Source: Pseudomonadota bacterium (GTDB lineage Bacteria > Pseudomonadota > Alphaproteobacteria > Rhodobacterales > Rhodobacteraceae). From it: a DNA stretch of 64,000 nucleotides. The notes beneath the pieces are model-generated. The model searched no databases and was not told the origin of the DNA. It worked only from the letters and a program-made list of their open reading frames with translations. Below, one piece after another: positions 38,256 through 46,527 of the stretch (positions are counted from its first letter, which is position 1; every line of letters begins with the position of its first letter). The stretch covers positions 23,316-87,315 of the forward strand of contig JAYZYX010000038.1 of assembly GCA_036139795.1 (NCBI GenBank), in the 5' to 3' direction. Both the position numbers and the translations under genes were made by a program.

Positions 38256-39266
38256 TTGGGGGCAATGCAGGCATACGGGCTTCGGCTGGAACGTAAGCGA
38301 TGGCGCTACCGCGCTATGCGCAAAAGCCGTGAGCTTTCAGGCCTTTCTGTCCGCACCAGCCATCTCCGCGAAAACGATCTGCTGGTTTTCTCGACCATGC
38401 GGAACGAGTTGAAGCGCCTGCCGTATTTCCTTCGGTACTACCGCGATCTGGGTGTCGATCATTTCCTGATCGTGGACAATGACAGCACTGATGGAACTGC
38501 CGATTATCTGGCGCAGCAGCCGGATGTCTCGATCTGGCGGACGACGCACAGCTACAAGCGTTCGCGGTTCGGCATGGATTGGTTGAACTATCTGCTGATG
38601 AAATTCGGCGATAGCCATTGGTGCCTGACCGTCGATCCTGATGAATTCCTGATTTATCCGTTCTGCGACACCCGCCCGCTGCGGGCGCTGACTGACTGGC
38701 TGGACGCGTCCTCGATCCGGTCGTTTGGCGCGATGCTGCTGGACATGTACCCCAAGGGGAATGTGGGCAACTCGGTCTATCAGGCGGGCCAAGACCCGCT
38801 GGATATCGCTATGTGGTTCGACAGTGGCAACTACATGATCGAACGGAACAGCAAATACGGAAACCTCTGGATTCAGGGCGGTCCCCGCGCGCGTTGCTTC
38901 TTTGCGGATGAGCCTGCCCATGCGCCTGCGCTGAACAAAATCCCGCTAGTGAAATGGGACAACCGCTACGCCTATACCAGCTCGACCCATGCGCTGCTGC
39001 CGCGCGGGCTGAATCTGGTGTATGACGAATGGGGTGGTGAGAAAGCCTCGGGCATTCTGCTGCACACCAAGTTTCTGGACACCTTTGCCGACAAAGCCCA
39101 CGAAGAGATGGAGCGGCGTCAGCACTACGCGGGCAGCCGTGAATATCGCGCCTATGCGGATAAGAACGCGGGCCTGCCTGATCTGTGGTGCAACTGGTCC
39201 GAAAAATACATCAACTGGCGCCAACTAGAGATTCTGGGCCTCATGTCTAAAGGAAACTGGGCATGA
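38256..39266 (+). CDS. GT-A fold glycosyltransferase (family 2/92-like)
   Basis: The segment FSTMRNELKRLPYFLRYYRDLGVDHFLIVDNDSTDGT is typical of the Glyco_tranf_2_4 type. The start is either TTG at 38256, which has the better SD spacing, or ATG at 38265. Confidence 0.7.
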   Translation: MGAMQAYGLRLERKRWRYRAMRKSRELSGLSVRTSHLRENDLLVFSTMRNELKRLPYFLRYYRDLGVDHFLIVDNDSTDGTADYLAQQPDVSIWRTTHSYKRSRFGMDWLNYLLMKFGDSHWCLTVDPDEFLIYPFCDTRPLRALTDWLDASSIRSFGAMLLDMYPKGNVGNSVYQAGQDPLDIAMWFDSGNYMIERNSKYGNLWIQGGPRARCFFADEPAHAPALNKIPLVKWDNRYAYTSSTHALLPRGLNLVYDEWGGEKASGILLHTKFLDTFADKAHEEMERRQHYAGSREYRAYADKNAGLPDLWCNWSEKYINWRQLEILGLMSKGNWA

Positions 39267-40963
39267 CCTTGGGTGTCGTCATGTTGGTTCACACCGCGCT
39301 GCAACGGGCAGAGCAGGTGGCGCGCCACTGGGCCACCAATGGCGTGCCTGTGGTGATCCATGCGGACAGCACCGTCAGCCGCGCCCGCTTTGAGGCCTTC
39401 CGCAATCAGCTAAGCGATTTGGACAACATTCGGTTTTCCAAGCGGCATCGTTGTGAATGGGGCACGTGGGGGCTGGTGGCCGCGTCTCAAAGCGCCTCTG
39501 AGGTGATGCTGAAGGAATTCCCCGGTGTCCGGCATGTCTATCTGGCGTCGGGTTCGTGTCTGCCCCTGCGCCCTGTGAGCGAACTGATCGAATATCTGGC
39601 GGCCCGTCCCGCCACGGATTTCATCGAATCCGCGACGCTGGCCGATGTTCCTTGGACCGTGGGCGGTCTGGATGATGAGCGGTTTACCCTGCGCTTCCCC
39701 TTTGCGTGGAAAAAGCACCGCCGTCTGTTTGATGGCTATGTGGAATTGCAGCGGCGTCTGAAATTGCAGCGCGAAATGCCGGATGGCTTGGTGCCCCATA
39801 TGGGCAGCCAGTGGTGGTGTCTGACCCGTCAGACCTTGTCCGCGATCCTTCAGGACCCGCGCCGCCGTGTCTATGATCGCTTTTTCAAGCAGGTCTGGAT
39901 TCCTGATGAGAGCTATTTTCAGACCCTCGTTCGCCTCTATTCGCGCCGGATCGAAAGCCGCAGTCTGACCCTGTCCAAGTTCGACTTCCAAGGCAAACCG
40001 CACATCTTCTATGACGATCACCTGCAGTTGCTGCGGCGGTCCGATTGCTTTGTGGCGCGGAAAATCTGGCCCTATGCGGATCGTCTTTATAACGCGTTCC
40101 TGAACGCCCCCGGCGACAACCTGAAACGGACTGAACCGAACCCCGGTAAGATTGACCGTATCTTTGCCAAAGCTGTGGAACGCCGGACCCAAGGCCGCCG
40201 CGGCCTTTATATGCAAAGCCGCTTCCCCAATCAGGACTGGGAAAAGGGCTTTACCGGTGCGGAGTATTCCGTGTTCGAAGGGTTCTCCGAACTCTTTGAG
40301 GATTTTGAGCCGTGGCTGGCCCGCGTCACCGGCACCCGCGTGCATGGCCATCTGTTCGCGCAAGAGCGGGCGGAATTCGAGGGCGGTGTGGACGTTCTGA
40401 ACGGGGCGCTGACCGATGGCGCGGCTTTGCGGGATCGGAACCAGCGGTCGTTCCTGACGAACCTGCTGTGGAACACGCGCGGTGAACGGCAGTGCTTCCA
40501 GATGGGGCCAGCGGACACCTTCCGCGATATTGAATGGGACATCGCCAAAGACCCGAATGCACAGGTCTCGGTCATTACGGGGGCTTGGGCGGTGCGCCTG
40601 TTCCGCTCGAACCAGGATTTTGCGGTCATCCGGCAGCAGGCCGCGGATTTGCAGCGCCGTGAGGCAAAGCATCTGGATGTGTTGCGGTCCCAATACGCCA
40701 AGGCGCGTATCCGCATCTGGACCATGGCCGAGTTCGTGGAAAACCCGATGGAGCCGCTGCAAGAGATTATCAGCGAAATCGGCCCGACTGATTACCGCCG
40801 CCTGACCGAGGCGCCCAAGATGGTGAACCTGACCGGTTTCGCACAGTTCTTGCAGAATTTGAAAAATCAGGGGATGCACCCCTATCTTACGGGTGATTTT
40901 CCGAACACATTGGAAGATCTGGAAAAGCCGCGCAAACCGCGCAAACCCTATTTGATAAAGTGA
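39263..40963 (+). CDS. GT14 (core-2/I-branching enzyme)-like glycosyltransferase with a large uncharacterised C-terminal domain
   Basis: The N-terminal roughly 270 aa resemble branching-enzyme family proteins (VMLVH...WGTWGLV...SGSCLPL...GSQWW). The remaining roughly 300 aa have no motif I recognise. The start overlaps the previous gene by 4 nt. Confidence 0.6.
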   Translation: MTLGVVMLVHTALQRAEQVARHWATNGVPVVIHADSTVSRARFEAFRNQLSDLDNIRFSKRHRCEWGTWGLVAASQSASEVMLKEFPGVRHVYLASGSCLPLRPVSELIEYLAARPATDFIESATLADVPWTVGGLDDERFTLRFPFAWKKHRRLFDGYVELQRRLKLQREMPDGLVPHMGSQWWCLTRQTLSAILQDPRRRVYDRFFKQVWIPDESYFQTLVRLYSRRIESRSLTLSKFDFQGKPHIFYDDHLQLLRRSDCFVARKIWPYADRLYNAFLNAPGDNLKRTEPNPGKIDRIFAKAVERRTQGRRGLYMQSRFPNQDWEKGFTGAEYSVFEGFSELFEDFEPWLARVTGTRVHGHLFAQERAEFEGGVDVLNGALTDGAALRDRNQRSFLTNLLWNTRGERQCFQMGPADTFRDIEWDIAKDPNAQVSVITGAWAVRLFRSNQDFAVIRQQAADLQRREAKHLDVLRSQYAKARIRIWTMAEFVENPMEPLQEIISEIGPTDYRRLTEAPKMVNLTGFAQFLQNLKNQGMHPYLTGDFPNTLEDLEKPRKPRKPYLIK

Positions 40964-40970
40964 TCTCTGA

Positions 40971-42401
40971 ATGACCTCGACGTTTCAGTCATTTGTGGTG
41001 CTGGCGGAAATGCGCACCGGTAGCAATTTTCTTGAGGCAAACCTGAACGCGCTGGATGGCGTCACCTGCCACGGAGAGGCGTTTAATCCCCACTTTATCG
41101 GCTATCCCAATATTGATGAGCTTTTGGGCCTAAGTTACGCCGCGCGTGAGGCTGATCCGATGGCGCTGCTGACGCGGGTGCGCGGGGCGGACGGTCTGAA
41201 CGGGTTCCGCTATTTCCACGACCATGATCCGCGCGTTCTGGATGAGGTTTTGAACGACCCGAGTTGCGCCAAGATCGTTCTGACACGCAATCCGGTGGAA
41301 AGCTATGTCAGCTGGAAGATCGCGCAAGCCACCGGCCAGTGGAAACTGACCGACGGGCGCCGCCGCAAGGACGGGCAAGCGGTCTTTGACCCCGATGAAT
41401 TCATCACCCATCTTGAGGCGCTGCAGGCGTTCCAGATCCGCGTGATGCGGGCGTTGCAGGCCTCGGGGCAGACGGCGTTTTACGTGGCTTATGAAGACCT
41501 GCAGGACCTTGAGGTGATGAACGGTCTGGCGGCTTGGCTGGGTGTTGCATCGCGGCTGCCCGATCTCGATCGGAAGCTGAAAAAGCAAAACCCCGAACCC
41601 ATGTCGGAGAAGGTTGAGAATTTTGAAGCGATGGAGCAGGCGCTGGCCCGTCTGGACCGCTTTGATCTGACCCGCACCCCGAATTTTGAGCCGCGGCGCA
41701 GTGCGATGGTGCCGCAGTATGTGGCTGCCGCGAAAGCGCCGCTGATGTATCTGCCCGCGCGCGGCGGGCCAGAGGCGCAGGTCATGCAATGGATGGCCGA
41801 TGTGGATGGCGTCACAACCGATGATCTGATCCGTGACTTCACCCAGAAACCGCTGCGCAAGTGGAAGCGGGTGAACGACGGGCATCGCAGCTTTACCGTG
41901 ATCAGCCATCCGCTACTGCGGGCCTATCGGGTGTTTTGTGAACGCATCCTCTCGACGGGGCCGGACGGCTTTGGCGATATCCGTGAAACCCTGCGCAAGC
42001 GGTATAAGCTGCCGCTGCCTGCGAAGAACCAGGTGGACGGCTATGACGTGGCTGCCCATCGTGCGGCGTTCTTGGGGTTTCTGACGTGGCTGAAAAGCAA
42101 CCTGTCCGGGCAGACCAGCATCCGCGTTGATGCGGCTTGGGCCTCGCAGTCGCAGCTGTTGCAGGGATTTGCAGAATTCAGTGTGCCTGATCTGGTTCTG
42201 CGGGAAGAGCAGTTGGCGATGGGCCTTGCTCAGCTTTGCGATCAGATCGGGATCAAAGGTCCCGATGCGCCAGCGATCCCGCTGCCAGAGGCACCTGCCA
42301 CGCTGGCCGAGATCTATGACGAAGAGATCGAGAAGGCGTGCAAAGACGCCTACATGCGCGATTACATGATGTTCGGATACGGACCGTGGCAGCAGGGCTA
42401 A
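40971..42401 (+). CDS. NodH-like sulfotransferase with a second sulfotransferase-like C-terminal half
   Basis: The N-terminal half has the PAPS 5'-PSB loop EMRTGSNF and the 3'-PB-like TRNPVESYVS. The C-terminal half has SHPLLRAYRVF, which resembles family-2 sulfotransferases. Confidence 0.65.
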   Translation: MTSTFQSFVVLAEMRTGSNFLEANLNALDGVTCHGEAFNPHFIGYPNIDELLGLSYAAREADPMALLTRVRGADGLNGFRYFHDHDPRVLDEVLNDPSCAKIVLTRNPVESYVSWKIAQATGQWKLTDGRRRKDGQAVFDPDEFITHLEALQAFQIRVMRALQASGQTAFYVAYEDLQDLEVMNGLAAWLGVASRLPDLDRKLKKQNPEPMSEKVENFEAMEQALARLDRFDLTRTPNFEPRRSAMVPQYVAAAKAPLMYLPARGGPEAQVMQWMADVDGVTTDDLIRDFTQKPLRKWKRVNDGHRSFTVISHPLLRAYRVFCERILSTGPDGFGDIRETLRKRYKLPLPAKNQVDGYDVAAHRAAFLGFLTWLKSNLSGQTSIRVDAAWASQSQLLQGFAEFSVPDLVLREEQLAMGLAQLCDQIGIKGPDAPAIPLPEAPATLAEIYDEEIEKACKDAYMRDYMMFGYGPWQQG

Positions 42402-42411
42402 CCATCCTGCG

Positions 42412-42876
42412 TTAGGCGGCTTGGGTCGCCTGTGCTTCGGTCAGGACCGCGTGCAGGGTTGCGGGGTCCGAGTTGGCGCGCAGCTTGGTGCGGATCGCCT
42501 CATCCTTGAGGGTCCGCGACACCAGCGCCAGAGCTTTCAGATGTTCAACGCCCGCGTCTTCGGGGGCGAAAAGCGCGAAAACCAGATCAACAGGCTTGCG
42601 GTCCACCGATCCGAATTCAACCGGCTTGTCCAGACGCAGGAACACGCCTTGAACCTTGTTGATCTCGGGCAGGCGGGCATGGGGCAGGGCAACGCCATGT
42701 CCCACACCTGTCGGCCCGAGGCTTTCGCGTTCCATCAGCGCCTCGACGGCGCGGGCGCTGAGGATTCCCAAGGCGGCCTCAGTCAGGTCACCGACATCCT
42801 GGAACAAACGTTTCTTACTGGAACAACCCGCAAGGGATTTCACCGCCTGCGGCGCGAGGATGTCTGTTAACTGCAT
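42412..42876 (-). CDS. ptsN: PTS IIA-Ntr nitrogen regulatory protein
   Basis: 154 aa with the phosphorylatable-His motif GVALPHARL. It sits in the conserved position after hpf. Confidence 0.85.
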   Translation of the reverse strand: MQLTDILAPQAVKSLAGCSSKKRLFQDVGDLTEAALGILSARAVEALMERESLGPTGVGHGVALPHARLPEINKVQGVFLRLDKPVEFGSVDRKPVDLVFALFAPEDAGVEHLKALALVSRTLKDEAIRTKLRANSDPATLHAVLTEAQATQAA

Positions 42877-42908
42877 GAGCCTGATTGCCTTGTAGGGCGC
42901 GTACGCTT

Positions 42909-43490
42909 TTATGCGTTGTTACTACGGGGATCGATCCATCCGATGTTCCCGTCATCACGACGATATACGACGTTTACGCCACTATGTGCCTCGTTTCGAA
43001 AGACCAGAAGCTGAGATCCGGCCAGTTCCATCTGCATAACTGCCTCGCCCACCGAGAGCGAAGGCACCCGCGTCTCCATTTCGGCGACGATAATCGGCTG
43101 CAGGCTTTCGGGCTCGTTCGCCCCTTCATCCTGCGCTTCTGGCGCGAGGATATAGGAGGAAGCTTCGAAAACTTCAACAGGTGACGTGCGATCCTTGTGG
43201 TGGTCCTTCAGGCGGCGTTTGTAACGGCGCAGCTGCTTGTCCATTTTCTCGGTGCACATGTCGAACGTGCCGTAGATTTCCGTGCCATGAGCGCGGGCGG
43301 CGGCGTTAAGGCCAGTCGAGAGGTGAACGGTGGTTTCGCAGATGAACTCGTGGCCTGATTTCGAGAATACGACCTGCGCATCTGTGGGACGCTGTGAATA
43401 CTTTTCCAGTACCTCACCCAGTCGATCCTGCACATGACTTTGCAGTGCTTCTCCAACGTCGATCTGTTTTCCGGTGATTTGATACCGCAT
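42909..43490 (-). CDS. hpf: Ribosome hibernation promoting factor (long form)
   Basis: MRYQITGKQIDVGEAL N-terminus with a C-terminal dimerisation domain; 193 aa. Confidence 0.9.
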   Translation of the reverse strand: MRYQITGKQIDVGEALQSHVQDRLGEVLEKYSQRPTDAQVVFSKSGHEFICETTVHLSTGLNAAARAHGTEIYGTFDMCTEKMDKQLRRYKRRLKDHHKDRTSPVEVFEASSYILAPEAQDEGANEPESLQPIIVAEMETRVPSLSVGEAVMQMELAGSQLLVFRNEAHSGVNVVYRRDDGNIGWIDPRSNNA

Positions 43491-43716
43491 GGTGCGTTCC
43501 TTCTACGTGCAAAGACAGTCTTCCCCCCTCAAGTGCTGAAGGGGCTCTATCCGGTTGCGTGGGGATTGTGAGCGACCCTTCCCTGACCCGCGTGTTTGCG
43601 GAGGTAGCGTTCAAAGGACCTACAGTGGGTAAAGGTCATGCTCATATGACCATTTGGTGACAGAGTCGGGGGGACTGTCAATGATTTCTGCGACAGGTAA
43701 TACTCTTTTGCAGAGG

Positions 43717-44475
43717 TCAGCCGATGCGGAAGTCTTTGCCCAGATAGACGCGGCGCACGTTTTCATCCTGCACGACTTGCTCTGGCGTGCCGGACATCAA
43801 CACCTTGCCGTCATGAAGAATATAGGCGCGGTCAACAATCTCCAGGGTCTCACGGACATTGTGGTCGGTGATCAGAACACCGATGCCCCGTTTCTTGAGA
43901 TCATGCACCAAAGCGCGGATATCCCCGACCGAGATCGGGTCAACGCCGGCGAAAGGTTCGTCCAGCAGAAGGTACTTTGGATCAGCCGCCAGACAGCGCG
44001 CAATCTCGACGCGGCGGCGTTCACCGCCCGACAGGGCCAGCGCGGGCGCGCGGCGCAGATGCTCGATCGAGAAGTCGCTGAGCAACTCTTCCAGCCGTTC
44101 GCGGCGGGTGTGCGGGTCATTCACGGTGATTTCGAGAATCGCCGCGATGTTGTCTTCGACCGACAGCCCGCGAAAGATCGACATTTCCTGCGGCAGATAG
44201 CCGATGCCCAGTTTGGCGCGGCGGTACATGGGCAGGCGGGTGGCCTCGGAGCCGTCAATGGTCACGCGGCCACCTTCGGGGGTCACAAGACCGGCAATGG
44301 CATAAAAACAGGTGGTTTTACCCGAACCGTTCGGTCCCAGCAGCGCAACGACTTCGCCCCGATGCAGCGACATGCTGACATCGCGGATCACCACGCGCTT
44401 GCGGTAGGACTTGCGAAGGTTTGTGACCAGAAGGCCCGCTTCACCTTGCGATACTGACAGCTCGGGACTTGCCAT
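43717..44475 (-). CDS. lptB: LPS export ABC transporter ATPase LptB
   Basis: Walker A GPNGSGKTT, signature LSGGERRR and Walker B LLLDEPFAG. Confidence 0.95.
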   Translation of the reverse strand: MASPELSVSQGEAGLLVTNLRKSYRKRVVIRDVSMSLHRGEVVALLGPNGSGKTTCFYAIAGLVTPEGGRVTIDGSEATRLPMYRRAKLGIGYLPQEMSIFRGLSVEDNIAAILEITVNDPHTRRERLEELLSDFSIEHLRRAPALALSGGERRRVEIARCLAADPKYLLLDEPFAGVDPISVGDIRALVHDLKKRGIGVLITDHNVRETLEIVDRAYILHDGKVLMSGTPEQVVQDENVRRVYLGKDFRIG

Positions 44476-44978
44476 TACTTGCTTTCACCAGGGTTGATGA
44501 TGGTCCGGACGCGGCCGCGCATCAGGGCAGTGTTCTCTGCCAGATTGATGTCTGCGGTTTCGCCGGTCACCACGTTGCGCCCCTGCCTTATCAGAGCATC
44601 CCCCTTCATGACCACGATTTCCGAACTTAAAACGTAATCTGCGGTCTGCCCTTCGGCGGCATCATCGCCCGAGAACATGCGCACACCGCCCGAGGCGAAT
44701 ACGCGTTTGATCCCGTCTTCGACTTCGACGGTGTCGGGATTGTCTTCCACATAAGTGACCTCAACGCGGGGCGCGTGCAGGACGGTTTGGTCCTGCGTCA
44801 CCACCACTTCGCCAGTGAAGATAGCGATGCGGCTGTTGTCATTCACCTCCAGACGCTCTGCCGTCACTTCGATCGGGGCATTGGTGTCCTGATCCTTCGC
44901 GCCGAAAGATGTGGACATGCCCTGCGACAATGCGGGCACTGGGGACAGGAGCATCACAGCACACAGTAGGCGAATCAT
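44475..44978 (-). CDS. lptA: LPS transport periplasmic protein LptA (OstA-like)
   Basis: Signal peptide followed by OstA_N beta-jellyroll repeats. It lies between lptC and lptB with a 1-nt overlap. Confidence 0.8.
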   Translation of the reverse strand: MIRLLCAVMLLSPVPALSQGMSTSFGAKDQDTNAPIEVTAERLEVNDNSRIAIFTGEVVVTQDQTVLHAPRVEVTYVEDNPDTVEVEDGIKRVFASGGVRMFSGDDAAEGQTADYVLSSEIVVMKGDALIRQGRNVVTGETADINLAENTALMRGRVRTIINPGESK

Positions 44979-45605
44979 TTAGTTCTGCTCCTCGGTTTTG
45001 TCGTCTGTTCGGCTATATATCAGGTGGACGCCGTTTTCGAAAACCGTGATCATCTGATCCTGACCCTCGGGGATGGTCAGATGCATGTTACCGGCATCAA
45101 TACGCCCAAAGGGGCCGGTTCCCGTGACAGGGCCGGGGCTGACCACATCGGTCTTTTCCATCGAGGAAATCACCCGCTCCGAGGTGATCTGATACCCGTC
45201 CGAGGTGTTCATCTGGACCTTGCCGCTGAAGGTGATCAGCTTGGTGTCACTCAGATCGCCATAGTCCGAGACCAGATCGATAATGGTGCCGTCGGGTCTG
45301 GTCAGACGCGCCACAACGTCATCGGCGGTCCCTTCATCCGTACCATCGCCTGACGGGCGCGCTGCTTCGGCCGAGACCGAAAGCACGCCGCCATCGCGGG
45401 TCTTGCCCTGATAGTCGGGTTTGCTGAGGCGCTGTTCGCGGATCATCTGGATAATGTCATCTTCGGCGTAGGGAATCGCGGCTTCGGGGTCGATCCGGCG
45501 CGACAGAAGAAAGATCGAAGACAACAAGAGTACCGCCACCAACGGCAGGACAATCTTTACCCAGCTGATCACAACCGAATAGGTGTTTCGTTGTTTGTCA
45601 GCCAT
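44979..45605 (-). CDS. lptC: LPS export protein LptC
   Basis: Single N-terminal TM helix and an LptC-like beta-rich periplasmic domain, in the conserved position. The start is either ATG at 45605 or TTG at 45623. Confidence 0.7.
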   Translation of the reverse strand: MADKQRNTYSVVISWVKIVLPLVAVLLLSSIFLLSRRIDPEAAIPYAEDDIIQMIREQRLSKPDYQGKTRDGGVLSVSAEAARPSGDGTDEGTADDVVARLTRPDGTIIDLVSDYGDLSDTKLITFSGKVQMNTSDGYQITSERVISSMEKTDVVSPGPVTGTGPFGRIDAGNMHLTIPEGQDQMITVFENGVHLIYSRTDDKTEEQN

Positions 45606-45629
45606 TGAAAACCGTAAGTCCAAGTTCCG

Positions 45630-46241
45630 TTAGTGCGAAAAGATATCAATCTCGGGCCAACCCCCGAGATCCAGTTGCGCACGGGTGGGCAGGAATTCAA
45701 AGCACTTCTGCGCGATTTCTGTGCGACCTTCCCGTTCCAGCATCCGGTCCAGTTCAATCTTCAGCTTGTGAAGATGCAGCACGTCCGAGGCGGCGTAATC
45801 GATCTGCGCTTTGGTCAGTTCGGGCGCACCCCAGTCGCTGGACTGCTGGTGTTTCGAGATGTCGGTTTGCAACAAATCCTGCAGAAGGTTCCGCAGACCG
45901 TGGCGATCCGTATAGGTGCGGACCAGTTTGCTGGCGATTTTGGTGCAGTAAACAGGCTGGGCCAGCGCACCAAAGGTCTTGTACATCGCCGCAATATCGA
46001 ATCGCCCGTAGTGGAACAGCTTCAGCACCTTGGGGTCGCGCAAGAGGCGGCACAGGTTAGGGGCTTCGGTCTGGTCTTTGGCGATCTGGACAAGGTGGGC
46101 GTTTCCGTCACCAGCCGACAACTGCACAACACACAGCCGATCGCGACCGGGCACTAAGCCCATGGTTTCACAGTCAATTGCGACTGCATTACCTAGGTCT
46201 AGGTCGGCGGGTAGATCTTGATTGTACAGAAAGTTTGTCAT
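45630..46241 (-). CDS. Short RNase D-like 3'-5' exonuclease (DEDDy domain only)
   Basis: DEDD motifs are present (AIDCET, FHYGRFD, DYAASD). The protein is 203 aa. Confidence 0.8.
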   Translation of the reverse strand: MTNFLYNQDLPADLDLGNAVAIDCETMGLVPGRDRLCVVQLSAGDGNAHLVQIAKDQTEAPNLCRLLRDPKVLKLFHYGRFDIAAMYKTFGALAQPVYCTKIASKLVRTYTDRHGLRNLLQDLLQTDISKHQQSSDWGAPELTKAQIDYAASDVLHLHKLKIELDRMLEREGRTEIAQKCFEFLPTRAQLDLGGWPEIDIFSH

Positions 46242-46270
46242 TTCAGCTCCAATATATATATTGGAGGAAA

Positions 46271-46357
46271 TGGTGCCCAGGAGAGGACTCGAACCTCCAC
46301 GTCCATACGGACACTAGCACCTGAAGCTAGCGCGTCTACCAATTCCGCCACCTGGGC
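46271..46357 (-). tRNA. tRNA-Leu (anticodon CAG), CCA encoded
   Basis: The reverse complement folds as a cloverleaf. The acceptor stem is GCCCAGG/CCTGGGC, the anticodon stem-loop is CTAGC-TTCAGGT-GCTAG, and the T arm is GGAGG-TTCGAGT-CCTCT. It has a long variable arm and a 3' ACCA. Confidence 0.95.
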
Positions 46358-46373
46358 AGGTGTCGTGGGGGGC

Positions 46374-46402
46374 TATCTACGGCTACCCGCTGGGGGTGTC
46401 AA
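46374..46402 (-). promoter_or_regulatory. Sigma-70 promoter of tRNA-Leu
   Basis: The minus strand reads TTGACA-N17-TAGATA, ending about 16 nt upstream of the mature tRNA 5' end. Confidence 0.6.
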
Positions 46403-46527
46403 CGCGAAAAAATAAAAATTTTGAAAAAACTTCACACGGGCTTTTTGGCCGCGTCTTATAGCGCTTGTTCCACAGTTCCTGCGGCGCTAGTAAGGTCCAC
46501 AATACAGCATAGGCCGGAGGCAGACCC

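Noticed and set aside
39410-40879. 489-aa ORF antisense to the GT14-like gene
   Set aside because: It has shadow-ORF composition (Pro/Arg/Gly/Gln-rich), whereas the plus-strand frame has the recognisable domain and operon context.
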